In this document: positions 9,690 through 20,326 of the stretch, piece by piece | Numbering within the stretch: position 1 is the first letter of the stretch | Layout: the number at the start of each line of letters is the position of its first letter | Assembly (NCBI GenBank): GCA_018064565.1 | Contig: JAGHVA010000052.1 | Location: 2,220 to 66,219 of the forward strand | Source of the DNA: Candidatus Colimorpha onthohippi | Lineage (GTDB): Bacteria; Bacteroidota; Bacteroidia; Bacteroidales; P3 | Length of the DNA: 64,000 nt | Direction of reading: 5' to 3' | Made by a program: the position numbers and the translations under genes | The notes under the pieces: model-generated | The model's database searches: none | The model's input: only the letters and a program-made list of their open reading frames with translations | Told to the model about the DNA's origin: nothing

Positions 9690-11909
9690 TTAATCAAATA
9701 CAACCACTTTGACAGCGGCATCGTCACCTACTCTCAGCAAATAGACACCTGTGATAGGAATCGATATTGATTGCCCCTCCACATAATGGGACGTCGCATA
9801 ATGGATACGTCCTTGCATATCGTACAACTGCACTGGCTTGTTGTCGCAATCCGACAACCGAATATGACGATTGTGAACCATCACCCGAACCGATGATTTG
9901 CGAGTAACTGTTGCTATTCCTTGCGGTTCTGGCGCTGGATTAGCCGCTATCGAAACTGCATCTATAGCCATCCTGCGCTGATGATTCGAATTGTATAAGA
10001 ATGCCAGATACTGCGCACCTGCAGGCAACTGAATTCTCCGGGACTTCCATCCTGACGACCCTATCGAAATACTCGCCAATGTATCGGTAAAACTCTGCAA
10101 CTGACCATCAGTTTTTGATACCAATACCATAAAACTCTCCGTATAACTGAACAGCCTGCGATATCTGAAATCCAGAACGCCTCCCCAAGGCAACGACAAC
10201 CGCGGTGAGATAAGATACTGCCCATAGGACCCTGCGTTATTCATACTGCTAAACCCGAAGAAATGCAGACTATCAAATGCAATCCCGACATCGTTTTGAA
10301 CACCCAAATAATCGGTATTCATATCATCCAGCCCAATCACATTCCAGCAAGCCAAATCGCTCTCAAAGTGCTCTTCCATCGGAAACGAATCCACTACAGA
10401 ACATTCGCCCTGGCTAACCAAGATCTTGCTATTTATCTTGCCTTGCGAGATATACACATTCGCAGAGCGAGGCGATGCAATTGTTATCGTAGTATCACAC
10501 TGCTCTGCCTCCGAAGTATCACATATTATCACGGTATCATTCACTTGTGGTGCAACAAAAATTTCAACCTCCATAGTGTCTTTCCCTATAACTCCTTGCG
10601 CAGGCGTAACTGTAACCCAATCTGCATCAGTAGTTACACGCCATGGCGTTTGCTCTCGGATGTCCGATGCAATTACGGCAGAAAAAGAACCTCCAACATT
10701 GTCAAATGTCAATTGCGATGGGTTGCAACTCATCACACCCTTGGGCTGAATACCCATGATAGCACTATTACTGCGCATATAATTTCCCGACTGATTGGCA
10801 CCATCACCACCTCCGCCAGGATTCAAAGCCTGCAACGAGAAATAGCCATCATAACTACCTCTCCATCCCCAATTGATATGAAATCGTCCCGTTGCATCTA
10901 TGCCATCCAAAATAAAAGCATGCCCACTGGTTCCGTCTGACCCACTATACATTATAGGGCGCCCCGACTCCAATTCTTTACGCATCAAACTACTCCATTC
11001 TGCATCATTATACCTGCTACGAATGGCACATTCCTTGATAGGCTTATAGCCAAAATACATAGAAAATACATCTCTCGCCAAAGGCATATTGTCGGGGGCA
11101 TCACAAGTGTATGCCGAACTGCCCCCTTCCGATGAGGTCCTATACGACATATTGAGTGCCACTCCACAGTGGTACATTAAAGTCGCAACGGCGTTGATTG
11201 CAGCATTTGAACTATAGTAATCTATCTCCGATGGCATCAAATCCCACTGATAATAAGCAGAATCAAAACAAACATACAACTCACCATACTCACTCATATA
11301 ACTATGCCGACCAGTGCCTTTGACTGGCCATTTCCAATAATTCATAATCTGCGCCATTGCAGTTGCCACACAACCAGTTACACAATACTGAGAAGAATTA
11401 TAATCGTACGGACATAATGCATTGTAATATGGCGACTGCCCCCATTGCGTTCGCAGAAGTGGCGGTATATCACCTTTAGAAGCATGGCGCACTCCTACCC
11501 CCTCTATCAACGATTTCCACTCTCGCTGCGTCTCAATCGATGGTTCATACGATTGTTGTATAGCCCAGTCTATTTCAAACGCATAGTCGTCAAGCCACGC
11601 CAAAAACGGCTCTGGAATATTACTGAAATCTGGACTTGAATCAAAGCCATATCCAAGAATCGGTATTGACACACTATTGGCTGCCACCACTACAAATCCT
11701 CCTTGAGATTGATATACATACATATTGCGAACTCCCAACTGCCCTGATACTTCCATCCAATTGAGCGTATCCTTGTCGTGCAACGTGTGATGCTTCCAAA
11801 AGTTTACTGCCACACAACGCGCTGTTGTTGAATCAATAGGCAACGCACTCGCCACAACAGATAAAGACATCAGTACTACCAATATAAACAATTTCATAAT
11901 TCGCTTCAT
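9690..11909 (-). CDS. C10-family cysteine peptidase with T9SS C-terminal sorting domain
   Basis: Start trimmed to MKRIMKLFILVV (signal peptide). Motifs: VTGCVATAMAQIMNYWKWP (Cys), SGHAFILDG (His), NWGWRG. There is a BACON-like segment (WRVTTDADWVTVTPAQG) and one adhesin/MAM-like module (FPMEEHFESDLACWN...QYLISPRLSL). The C-terminal beta-rich tail ...GVYLLRVGDDAAVKVVVFD is typical of T9SS CTDs. Confidence 0.9.
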   Translation of the reverse strand: MKRIMKLFILVVLMSLSVVASALPIDSTTARCVAVNFWKHHTLHDKDTLNWMEVSGQLGVRNMYVYQSQGGFVVVAANSVSIPILGYGFDSSPDFSNIPEPFLAWLDDYAFEIDWAIQQSYEPSIETQREWKSLIEGVGVRHASKGDIPPLLRTQWGQSPYYNALCPYDYNSSQYCVTGCVATAMAQIMNYWKWPVKGTGRHSYMSEYGELYVCFDSAYYQWDLMPSEIDYYSSNAAINAVATLMYHCGVALNMSYRTSSEGGSSAYTCDAPDNMPLARDVFSMYFGYKPIKECAIRSRYNDAEWSSLMRKELESGRPIMYSGSDGTSGHAFILDGIDATGRFHINWGWRGSYDGYFSLQALNPGGGGDGANQSGNYMRSNSAIMGIQPKGVMSCNPSQLTFDNVGGSFSAVIASDIREQTPWRVTTDADWVTVTPAQGVIGKDTMEVEIFVAPQVNDTVIICDTSEAEQCDTTITIASPRSANVYISQGKINSKILVSQGECSVVDSFPMEEHFESDLACWNVIGLDDMNTDYLGVQNDVGIAFDSLHFFGFSSMNNAGSYGQYLISPRLSLPWGGVLDFRYRRLFSYTESFMVLVSKTDGQLQSFTDTLASISIGSSGWKSRRIQLPAGAQYLAFLYNSNHQRRMAIDAVSIAANPAPEPQGIATVTRKSSVRVMVHNRHIRLSDCDNKPVQLYDMQGRIHYATSHYVEGQSISIPITGVYLLRVGDDAAVKVVVFD

Positions 11910-12041
11910 ATAATCCCCCAAAATTGTTATTATCAAATAATACATAAATTTGACAACATTGAATAGGATAAGAGATTAAAATCAATACATTACCACAACT
12001 ACCTGCTCCGATAATTCGGATTTCAGAATCATAAGCAATGA

Positions 12042-14654
12042 CTAATAAGCAACAACTTTTGTTACCTGCGTACCTGATTTCACCATATATAAACCAGCCG
12101 TTGGCAACACAAAACGACAATACGATGTAGTTGTAGGTAGCGAAGCAATCAAACAGCCTTTGACATCATATACTGATACAGGACACTGCGCATCATGGAT
12201 AGTCAGCGTACGTCCACTTACATACGCCTTGAACGAAACTACATCCCTAATATCATCAATAGACTGATTGTATGCTATGCTAATATCGTCTATCAACAAT
12301 TTCTCTTTCTTGACCGATTGATATACTATGGCTACATAACGAGCCTGCGGTGGCAACTGAAGTTCACACAACTTCCATTTGGATCGGGTAATCTCCACGT
12401 TGGTCAACTCATACACAAAATCACTGTTTTCGTTGCCTGTAGTAGAATACAATACCTTAAACCTCTCTATCTGCTTTCCTCCTAAAGCATAGTTAAACGA
12501 GAGCGTAACCGCCCCATTCAAATTCAGTTGTGGAGAGACCAGATACTGCCAATAACTGCTGTCGAGAGCTGAACCACCTAAAGAAGTCTGACTGCTAAAC
12601 TGAAATACAAAATTGCCAGAATTGGCAACACTACTTGAGACGATACCCAAACTATCCCAGTTTTTTTCGTTGTTGCTCCTATACGTCCAGCAGGTTCTAC
12701 CCTGTTCAAAATTCTCTGAAACGGGGAAATGAGAATAGTCCGCACAGCGCATGGTATCCTCTTCGATAACCACATGGTCTATCACCAAACCAAACAACGT
12801 GGTAGAAGCGGTTGACGCAGGAGCCGAAATCATCACATACTTGGCTTCTGACGGCAGATAGCCCTTAAACGAAGACCACCCCTGCTTTGTCGTAGTCCCC
12901 TCGCCTATCTTATAGACAAAACTCGACACATCGTTGTCGGTAACCGAATAATATACATCAAAATGGGTTTCGACCGACCCCCTGCGACAATACTGAAACG
13001 ACACCTGCATCGGGTTGTCCAACTGCAATTCAGGGCTAACCAGATATTGCGTACACTCATGACCCGACCCCCTGCTTGTAAACCAAAACGACCGATTACC
13101 CCGGTAGATATAACTATTTTCCAAGTTCGCATCGTGAATACCAAAATTTTTATCAAACACTGTGTCAGAGGCAGACCATTGCCAACACTCGGTAGCATAA
13201 CCGCTAAAATCTTCTACCAATGGAAACTGAGTGATAACATCACACGAACGTTGCCATATACGAATTGTCCGCTCTTCATCGCCTTGAGAGATAGTCAATA
13301 TCGCATCTCTGCTAACACCATCAAAACAGGTATCTACACTTATCGTGATTGGCACTCGGCCAACATGTATGTCTGAAACCGATGGTGTTACATGAATCCA
13401 GTCAGCGGTGGTCTTTACCGTCCAATCAAGCCCTCCATGAGATGGATATACGTAGGTAGATGCGCTACCTCCCGACATGCCAAACTCAAACTGAGAATGC
13501 AAGACCCTTAAACCAAACGGAGGTTCCAAACCCACCAAAGCTAAATTGCCATTGCTGAAATCACCATTGCCTGCACCAGTCCCACCTGCACCTGGAGTCA
13601 GATGACCCATAGCATAATAGCCATCACAAACACCACCCCAACCCCAGTTGAAATGAAACATACTATTAGAGTCAACACCATCGCACACAAAAGCATGAAC
13701 TCCGCCTGAATAAAAGAGGGGCCGCCCCGCCTGTAATTCTGGAATCAGCCTCCAATACCAATCATCATCAGAGGAGTAACTATTGCGCGAAATCAGCAAC
13801 ACCTGATCCTGATAATTGGCTGGATAACCAAAATGCCTGGGAAAGACATAACTTGGAGTAGTTGAAGTGCTCGTAATAAACGCACCACTTCCAGAGGGTC
13901 CATAACCCATATCGACCGATACCCCACAATGGTAATTCAACAAAGCCACGGCATGAACAGCCTCATCACTTGAAGCAGATGACAACTGCGAAGGCATGAT
14001 AGCCCAATTATAATAGGTATTTTCAAAATCAGCGCACTCCATCCCATAGTTAGACCGATAGCAGTAACTACCCGTACCATGCTCTGGATATGCCCAATAG
14101 GCCATAATCTGCGCCATGGCAGTGGCTACACACCCTACTGGACAATGTTTGCGTTCCGACTCATCCCACGGACACAGCTTGTTATAATCAGCATCCTGCG
14201 ACCATTGTGTGGTTAGCAATGGTTCTATAACCACCGCACCTTTAGTTGGTCGAGAGCCCATACCATTTGCTAACCGATGCCACGCATCTGCAACTTGGTC
14301 AGATGGCTCCAATCCCATTTTCTCCACCTCCTGCAATTGCATGTCATAACTATCCAACCACTCACGCAAAGCGGGCGATGCATCGGTGATACTAAACGGA
14401 TTGGACTTGGAGTAAGCGAGAATGGGCTGAACAGCATCGTTGCCTGACACAATCACAAAACCGTTGCCTGCGCTGTAAATATAGAAAGTAGTATAACCCG
14501 TGCTGCCAGATATGTCAACCAACTGAGCTACCGACTCACTGCCCAGTTGTTTCCAAAACATCTGTGCCACTCGATAAGCTCTACTGCTATCCACTGGAGC
14601 AGCCAACAACACCACAGCTGACATCATCAAACTGAATATCCATATTTTTTTCAT
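12042..14654 (-). CDS. C10-family cysteine peptidase with T9SS C-terminal sorting domain
   Basis: Start trimmed to MKKIWIFSLMMSAVVLLA. Motifs: PVGCVATAMAQIMAYWAYP, GVHAFVCDG, NWGWGG. There is a BACON-like segment (DWTVKTTADWIHVTPS) and two adhesin/MAM-like modules (FPLVEDFSGYATECWQW...QYLVSPELQL and FPVSENFEQGRTCWTY...WQYLVSPQLNL). The CTD-like tail is ...GLYMVKSGTQVTKVVAY. Confidence 0.9.
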   Translation of the reverse strand: MKKIWIFSLMMSAVVLLAAPVDSSRAYRVAQMFWKQLGSESVAQLVDISGSTGYTTFYIYSAGNGFVIVSGNDAVQPILAYSKSNPFSITDASPALREWLDSYDMQLQEVEKMGLEPSDQVADAWHRLANGMGSRPTKGAVVIEPLLTTQWSQDADYNKLCPWDESERKHCPVGCVATAMAQIMAYWAYPEHGTGSYCYRSNYGMECADFENTYYNWAIMPSQLSSASSDEAVHAVALLNYHCGVSVDMGYGPSGSGAFITSTSTTPSYVFPRHFGYPANYQDQVLLISRNSYSSDDDWYWRLIPELQAGRPLFYSGGVHAFVCDGVDSNSMFHFNWGWGGVCDGYYAMGHLTPGAGGTGAGNGDFSNGNLALVGLEPPFGLRVLHSQFEFGMSGGSASTYVYPSHGGLDWTVKTTADWIHVTPSVSDIHVGRVPITISVDTCFDGVSRDAILTISQGDEERTIRIWQRSCDVITQFPLVEDFSGYATECWQWSASDTVFDKNFGIHDANLENSYIYRGNRSFWFTSRGSGHECTQYLVSPELQLDNPMQVSFQYCRRGSVETHFDVYYSVTDNDVSSFVYKIGEGTTTKQGWSSFKGYLPSEAKYVMISAPASTASTTLFGLVIDHVVIEEDTMRCADYSHFPVSENFEQGRTCWTYRSNNEKNWDSLGIVSSSVANSGNFVFQFSSQTSLGGSALDSSYWQYLVSPQLNLNGAVTLSFNYALGGKQIERFKVLYSTTGNENSDFVYELTNVEITRSKWKLCELQLPPQARYVAIVYQSVKKEKLLIDDISIAYNQSIDDIRDVVSFKAYVSGRTLTIHDAQCPVSVYDVKGCLIASLPTTTSYCRFVLPTAGLYMVKSGTQVTKVVAY

Positions 14655-14784
14655 AACACACAAACTGCTATTAATTGACAATGAAAATAATTTAAGACTA
14701 TGCCTTATGTATGCTTTGGCTCTCCTTCATCGGTTCCATCCGCACCATGGGGAATCAATCACCATCTCTTGTAAAAACATTATG

Positions 14785-15303
14785 TCAACGACACTGAACA
14801 GTATCGTTCGTATGCGCATCTTGCCCACCCTGCGTTCCCTTGACAAGAGCTTCCAAAATGGGTGGGAAATTCACTATTTGATGCACCCACCACTTGCCAT
14901 CACGACAGAGCATAGGTAGCGTAGCATGGTCGTCCGAATTGGGCGAAGTCTTATGAAAATGCACAGTAGCTACCGTATCGTTATCAAACACCACTTTTTC
15001 TATGACCACCTTGGCAGGTATAGCCGCCGAAATTGCAGAATCAGTCATCAATGAAACCAATATACTATCCATATAGAGTGTATGCTCACACATCTCTGGC
15101 GTAACATACGGCTTGGCCTCCGAAATCTTATAGTTGCTGACTGCGTCAAGATACCCTTGAGCCACACGCCTGACCGCAGCTTCCCTACCACAACCACACA
15201 ACAACGCACATAATATCACTCCTGCAACAAGAGACATAAACACCTTTGACTGACACCGACAACGACCCATGACCCGCATAAAACGAAGAAAGACATTATT
15301 CAT
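14785..15303 (-). CDS. Hypothetical lipoprotein (possibly DUF4878-like)
   Basis: 172 aa ORF with a lipobox-like ALLCGCG after a hydrophobic stretch. It lies immediately upstream of, and co-oriented with, the tandem C10 peptidase genes. The true start is uncertain. Confidence 0.55.
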   Translation of the reverse strand: MNNVFLRFMRVMGRCRCQSKVFMSLVAGVILCALLCGCGREAAVRRVAQGYLDAVSNYKISEAKPYVTPEMCEHTLYMDSILVSLMTDSAISAAIPAKVVIEKVVFDNDTVATVHFHKTSPNSDDHATLPMLCRDGKWWVHQIVNFPPILEALVKGTQGGQDAHTNDTVQCR

Positions 15304-15305
15304 AA

Positions 15306-16589
15306 CTAATCCTCCACATTTACTAAATAATAGTTTTTCTTACCCTTCTGCACCAACACAGATCCACACGAAAGTATATCTGACTCCGACATGCGATAAT
15401 CCTCTCCAACCTTAACCTTATTGACAGAGATAGCGTTCTGTTTCAACTCTCTTCGTATCTCGCCCTTTGAAGCGAACATCTGAGTTGCCGAAGCTGCTAA
15501 ATCGATTATTGAAATACCCTCCTTAAACAGACTTCTACTGACCGAATACTGAGGGACGCCTTCAAACACACTGAGCAATGTGGCTTTATCCAATTGATTC
15601 AACTGCTCCGTTGTGCCCTTGCCAAACAGCAACTCGCTGGCTGCAACCGCTGAGAGATAATCTTTCTCGCTATGCACACGGCATGTAATATCCTTTGCCA
15701 ATGCTTTCTGCAATACCCTACGTTCGGGCGACTGCGCATGCTCCTGCTCCAACGACTCTATCTCCTCCTTGCCAAGCAACGTAAAAATTCGTATGTATTT
15801 AGCAGTATCCTCATCCGAACAATTTAGCCAAAACTGATAAAACTTATACGGACTGGTCTTGGTAGGATCCAACCAGACATTACCACCCTCTGTCTTACCA
15901 AATTTGGTACCATCGGCTTTTGTTATCAACGGACAAGTCAAGGCAAATGCCTCTCCACCTTCCATACGACGTATAAGCTCAGTACCCGTTGTGATATTTC
16001 CCCACTGGTCTGAACCACCCATCTGCAAACGGCATCCTTTGGTGCGATAAAGCGTTAAGAAGTCATAACCTTGTAACAATTGATAACTGAATTCGGTAAA
16101 CGAAATTCCCGTTTCCATACGCTTCTGCACGGAGTCTTTTGCCATCATATAATTGACGGTGATATGCTTACCTACATCGCGAATAAAGTCCAAAAAAAGA
16201 TAATCTTTCATCCAATCATAATTGTTGACTATCTCGGCACCATTGACTGGGTTGTCAAAATCCAAAAATTTAGACAACTGCCGACGAATACAATCCACAT
16301 TATGCTGCACCTCCTCAACAGTGAGCAACTTACGCTCAGCTGCTTTGAACGATGGGTCGCCTATCATACCAGTAGCGCCACCAACCAAAGCCAACGGCTT
16401 ATGCCCTGCCATCTGTAGATGCTTAAGAAGCATTATTGAGACCAGATGTCCAATATGCAAAGAGTCCGCAGTGGGGTCAATGCCCACATAAGCGGTTGTT
16501 AGATGACTGGACAACTGCTCCTCGGTACCAGGCATCATTGTATGAATCATACCACGCCACTGTAACTCTGCCACTAAATTCTTATTCAT
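15306..16589 (-). CDS. tyrS: Tyrosine--tRNA ligase
   Basis: 427 aa ORF with the HIGH motif (SLHIGHLV), a KMSKS-like KFGKT motif and a C-terminal S4-like domain. Confidence 0.96.
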   Translation of the reverse strand: MNKNLVAELQWRGMIHTMMPGTEEQLSSHLTTAYVGIDPTADSLHIGHLVSIMLLKHLQMAGHKPLALVGGATGMIGDPSFKAAERKLLTVEEVQHNVDCIRRQLSKFLDFDNPVNGAEIVNNYDWMKDYLFLDFIRDVGKHITVNYMMAKDSVQKRMETGISFTEFSYQLLQGYDFLTLYRTKGCRLQMGGSDQWGNITTGTELIRRMEGGEAFALTCPLITKADGTKFGKTEGGNVWLDPTKTSPYKFYQFWLNCSDEDTAKYIRIFTLLGKEEIESLEQEHAQSPERRVLQKALAKDITCRVHSEKDYLSAVAASELLFGKGTTEQLNQLDKATLLSVFEGVPQYSVSRSLFKEGISIIDLAASATQMFASKGEIRRELKQNAISVNKVKVGEDYRMSESDILSCGSVLVQKGKKNYYLVNVED

Positions 16590-16677
16590 ATAATATATAG
16601 CATTAAAGTATTATAAAAAAGAGGCACTCATCACATCTACGTGGCGACAAGTACCTCTTTGAATTATTCAACAATCG

Positions 16678-16724
16678 TTTTCTCGCCTCGCCGACAAGAT
16701 TGCTTGTATGTCGAGACGAGAAAA
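16678..16724 (+). repeat. Intergenic repeat family, copy A (imperfect long hairpin with a variant core TTCTCGCCTCGCCGACAAG)
   Basis: TTTTCTCGCCTCGCCGACAAG-attg-CTTGTATGTCGAGACGAGAAAA forms arms of about 21 nt with about 4 mismatches. It shares its core with copies B-D. Confidence 0.6.
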
Positions 16725-16745
16725 CATCGCTATGCAATAGAACGA

Positions 16746-19700
16746 TTAACGCACAACAAATTTCGCAGTCGCTACCTCGTTGCCAATGACAACATTAACC
16801 AAATACATACCACGTCCTATCTTGGCATTGTCCAACGACACCCGATAAGTGCCATTCGTCAAGACACCCAAGGCAACATTCTCGACCATCCTACCGCGCA
16901 AATCATAAACCTTGACCTCAGCAGTACCACCATTAAGTACATTGAGTTGCAAAGTACTCGTTGCAGCTGCAACCGCAGGGTTAGGATAAATCTTCACACT
17001 ATTCTGACCCTTGCTGCTCAAAACAGGTGCAATGCCCACATAATCAATATCATCTACAACCTCGTTCTCATGACGCGTAACATAAGACGAATCCATCCAG
17101 ATGCCTGCGCCATAAGTTCCGATATAAATGGCTCCAGGATATTTTGTACGTGGGAAGACGTAATTGTCAGTATTGATAGCCGAATGAACCTCCATGCGTT
17201 TCAGCTCCATGTCAAACTTCTGCTGAGTGAGACATGTAACTGGGACACCCTGAAACTCACCAACAGTTTCCCAATTAGGACGACCCATCGATACACTCGA
17301 AGCCGTAGCACGGAACAATCCCTCTTCAGTGCCCAAAAACACATCGCCCGTGGTCATCTCAACCATGGCACAATAAGTAGGCACCTTGCCATACTTGAGG
17401 CTTCTATACGATAGAGAACCATCTACAAAAGCGTAAGAAGGCTTTGTAACATCATTAACAATCATCACATTATCAAAATTCTTACCATAACCTTCAAAAG
17501 TCAAGATGGCACGGTCGCGACCCCCTCTCTGATCCATGGTTATGGATGAGACATGACGTGGCAACCAGATGTCAGAATTGTATTTCAACGTATCACACTT
17601 AAGCGTAATATTCACCAATCCATTACCATCCTTGTGGGTAAGCTGCGTTGCGATGTCTCTAACACCCAGACTATAATCCACCAATGACCTCATACCCTTA
17701 ACACGGGCAATGAAACACGAGTCGTTTTTGGTATTCGCAACTACCGCCAACAAGACATCTCCATCCTCTGACACTGCAAAAGTGGTAATGGTACGGTTAG
17801 GCCATATCGTCCGATTAATAGAGTAAACCTCGCCCCAAGTAACATCTTTCTCATAGTCAGCATCCGACTTGGCTGCACCTTCTGCAGGTTCATATACCTT
17901 TGTAAAATCTGACGGCATCCAAGTCATATTGATTTTGTCGTAGGTCATATTACTACTACCGTCTGTATGACGACCCAAGATATAAAGATGACTTTGGATA
18001 GGATTATCTACCTTGATTCTGGTACCCTCCTCTATTATCTGCCGTTCTGTAAAGACATGAGTGATAGGATATGATGCTGTAGCAACATTCGGAACCAAAA
18101 TTGTGTCGCCTGCTTTCAGGACACCGTTGCAAGAATTTTCCATATTGGAACCATAAAGACCAACACGAATCTTGCCTACACCTCTCCGATACACAACATC
18201 ATTGGTATCTACCAAATGCGATATCGACGATACATTTCTGGCTGCATCGGTTTCCCAAAGTTGCATCTGAGCCACTTCGTTGCCCGCAGAGAGGTCGCCG
18301 CCCACAAATGAGAGCCCTGTAGTCCATGTCTGCGTATTAGTATAGTCTAAATAATCAGCATATCCACGACCATACGATCCGTTATTGGCACTGACATACA
18401 ATGTACGGCGTGAAAGAGGCGCATACTGCTGAAAACGAGAGATTGCAACCTGACCGCCATTCCCCTCAAAAATCACGTTGCCGCGATGGTTCATACCTGA
18501 CCCATTACGATCATACCATACCTGCTCGCGGACGCCTGTCCCCTGCGGAACCGATGAGAAATAATGATTGTCGCGACTCTCGATAAATACATTGGCATTG
18601 TTGTATGCACCAGCCAAGACGGACCCGTCTGTAGCCACCGCAAGACCATTAACCTCCAAGTTATTGAGTCCACGATTGATATTCTGGATAGTAGCAAAGC
18701 CATCATCGGTCATATACACACCTCCGTTAGTAGCCACATAAAACACGTCCGATACATTACCATCTTCGTCTGTAGCCTTAGTCTGCACAATGTCGTTGAC
18801 ACCCGAATGGATGAAAGAGGAACTGCAATACACATTGCCCATGTAGTTGGTAGCACCTAACTCATGCTCATTCAACGAACTCTTTGTCCATTGGAAACCA
18901 TCATATTTCACACCTTTGTAAATCGAAGAGCCTCCAATATAAACTGAACCAGCATAATTCTCATCTACACAGATAGCACCACATGTGGTACCCTTATTAT
19001 AGTTGAATGGCAAAACTGTAGCAGTCGTAATATTTTTCCACTCCGACTGGTTGGTTGTGAGATATAACCCACCAAAAGCCCCCGAACTATTGATTACCAT
19101 CGCATAGAGATAATCAGGATTTTCGACAGAAGTCTTAAGATAAATCCTTGATGCCGATGTAAACGTGGCAGATGATGGCGTGTTGTTAGCAGTGATATTA
19201 ACAACTTTCTTGCTCGAGAACGAGGACAACTTATAGATAGAGTCTGCAGCAGCAAAATACAGCAGACTATGCTCCTTGTTGACAGCTATATCAAAAATCT
19301 CAACACTACCAGCGGCAATCAAAATCGGATCTTTTGTCCAATCCTCCTCTTTCGTGATATCAAAACGATAAAGACCCTTATGAGTAGCAGCAAAGACATA
19401 CGTTGTACCACCATCCTGGACTACAGCCAACTTGTTGATTGACGACCAAGTATCATCCATGTTCGCAGGAATTGTTTTCTCTATACATTTGAATTTCTTG
19501 GTATCAGGATTAAACAAGTAAAGACCTCTTCCACGAGATGCCATTGCCGAAAAACGAGAGCCTCTTTGGAATGAGCCCTCGCCCGTACCTATATATATAG
19601 TATTGTCGCTTCCTTGCACCATACAACTGATAGGAAGATACTCATTTGAAGTAGGATCATCTGCAGTCGGGATATAATTCCACACATCGGGGAACTCCGC

Positions 19701-19931
19701 ATAATCGGAGCTATTGGACCGAACATAAAGACCACCATGAGCAGAACCAGCAAAAACGGTGTTGTGGGAAGGATCCCGTTGGTCAACAATCAGTGAGGTA
19801 ATACGACCACCGATGTTATCGGGGCCTATCTCGACCAACTTCGAAGAAGAGATACGTTGCGCCATTACAGCACCTGATGACAGCGCCAAAACAGCTGCAA
19901 ACAAGCCAAATAATACTCGGTTGCTTTTCAT
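16746..19931 (-). CDS. Secreted beta-propeller (sortilin/BNR/GH74-like repeat) protein with T9SS C-terminal sorting domain
   Basis: Start trimmed to MKSNRVLFGLFAAVLALSSGAVMAQ. There are repeated ...GG(L/V)Y.. propeller-like segments. The C-terminal VKIYPNPAVAAATSTLQL...GMYLVNVVIGNEVATAKFVVR is a typical T9SS type A CTD. Confidence 0.8.
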   Translation of the reverse strand: MKSNRVLFGLFAAVLALSSGAVMAQRISSSKLVEIGPDNIGGRITSLIVDQRDPSHNTVFAGSAHGGLYVRSNSSDYAEFPDVWNYIPTADDPTSNEYLPISCMVQGSDNTIYIGTGEGSFQRGSRFSAMASRGRGLYLFNPDTKKFKCIEKTIPANMDDTWSSINKLAVVQDGGTTYVFAATHKGLYRFDITKEEDWTKDPILIAAGSVEIFDIAVNKEHSLLYFAAADSIYKLSSFSSKKVVNITANNTPSSATFTSASRIYLKTSVENPDYLYAMVINSSGAFGGLYLTTNQSEWKNITTATVLPFNYNKGTTCGAICVDENYAGSVYIGGSSIYKGVKYDGFQWTKSSLNEHELGATNYMGNVYCSSSFIHSGVNDIVQTKATDEDGNVSDVFYVATNGGVYMTDDGFATIQNINRGLNNLEVNGLAVATDGSVLAGAYNNANVFIESRDNHYFSSVPQGTGVREQVWYDRNGSGMNHRGNVIFEGNGGQVAISRFQQYAPLSRRTLYVSANNGSYGRGYADYLDYTNTQTWTTGLSFVGGDLSAGNEVAQMQLWETDAARNVSSISHLVDTNDVVYRRGVGKIRVGLYGSNMENSCNGVLKAGDTILVPNVATASYPITHVFTERQIIEEGTRIKVDNPIQSHLYILGRHTDGSSNMTYDKINMTWMPSDFTKVYEPAEGAAKSDADYEKDVTWGEVYSINRTIWPNRTITTFAVSEDGDVLLAVVANTKNDSCFIARVKGMRSLVDYSLGVRDIATQLTHKDGNGLVNITLKCDTLKYNSDIWLPRHVSSITMDQRGGRDRAILTFEGYGKNFDNVMIVNDVTKPSYAFVDGSLSYRSLKYGKVPTYCAMVEMTTGDVFLGTEEGLFRATASSVSMGRPNWETVGEFQGVPVTCLTQQKFDMELKRMEVHSAINTDNYVFPRTKYPGAIYIGTYGAGIWMDSSYVTRHENEVVDDIDYVGIAPVLSSKGQNSVKIYPNPAVAAATSTLQLNVLNGGTAEVKVYDLRGRMVENVALGVLTNGTYRVSLDNAKIGRGMYLVNVVIGNEVATAKFVVR

Positions 19932-19983
19932 AAAATATTTATTGTTAATTAAATAATCCGTTTGCAAATAATAAAACAATTAG

Positions 19984-19991
19984 CAAAGATA
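19984..19991 (-). promoter_or_regulatory. Candidate Bacteroidetes -7 promoter box TATCTTTG (TAnnTTTG)
   Basis: Exact match to the TAnnTTTG consensus on the minus strand, 53 nt upstream of the ATG at 19931. Confidence 0.35.
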
Positions 19992-20107
19992 CAATTATTT
20001 TTTGAATTGGAGCTATTTTTTAATCGTGGGAGCAAAACAAAAAGCAATAAAAAAAAGGAGTCGTTCGTTTTTTTTCAAAATAGTCGTTATTCGTTGAATT
20101 ATTTTTA

Positions 20108-20215
20108 GGCGGTACTCATGGACTCCTTTTGGGATCTGCCTGCCAGAAGGCAAGTCTGCTTTCTCGCCTCGGCATACAAGCAAGCTTGTCGGCACTCGGA
20201 TTATCGAAAGCACTC
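20108..20215 (+). repeat. Intergenic repeat family, copy B (about 100 nt, core TTCTCGCCTCGGCATACA at 20161-20178)
   Basis: Its reverse complement aligns with copy C (23219-23315) at roughly 80 percent identity by eye over about 100 nt. It also carries a small stem-loop CCTGCC-agaa-GGCAAG. Confidence 0.7.
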
Positions 20216-20326
20216 CAAAAAATCAAAAAAAACTAAAAAAGTACTTGCAAAAAAAATATTTTTTTGACAAACATCGTTATTCTCACATTGTTAAACAGAA
20301 TATCACAAAATAAACACTTCTTAACA

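Noticed and set aside
10263-10940. 225-aa plus-strand ORF antisense to the C10 peptidase gene
   Set aside because: The opposite strand encodes conserved C10 and BACON-like segments. The antisense product has no recognisable features.
16641-17414. 257-aa plus-strand ORF (GTG start) spanning the tyrS upstream region and the 3-prime end of the T9SS gene
   Set aside because: It is antisense to a gene with a clear T9SS CTD. It has no signal or motif, and it starts inside the intergenic repeat.
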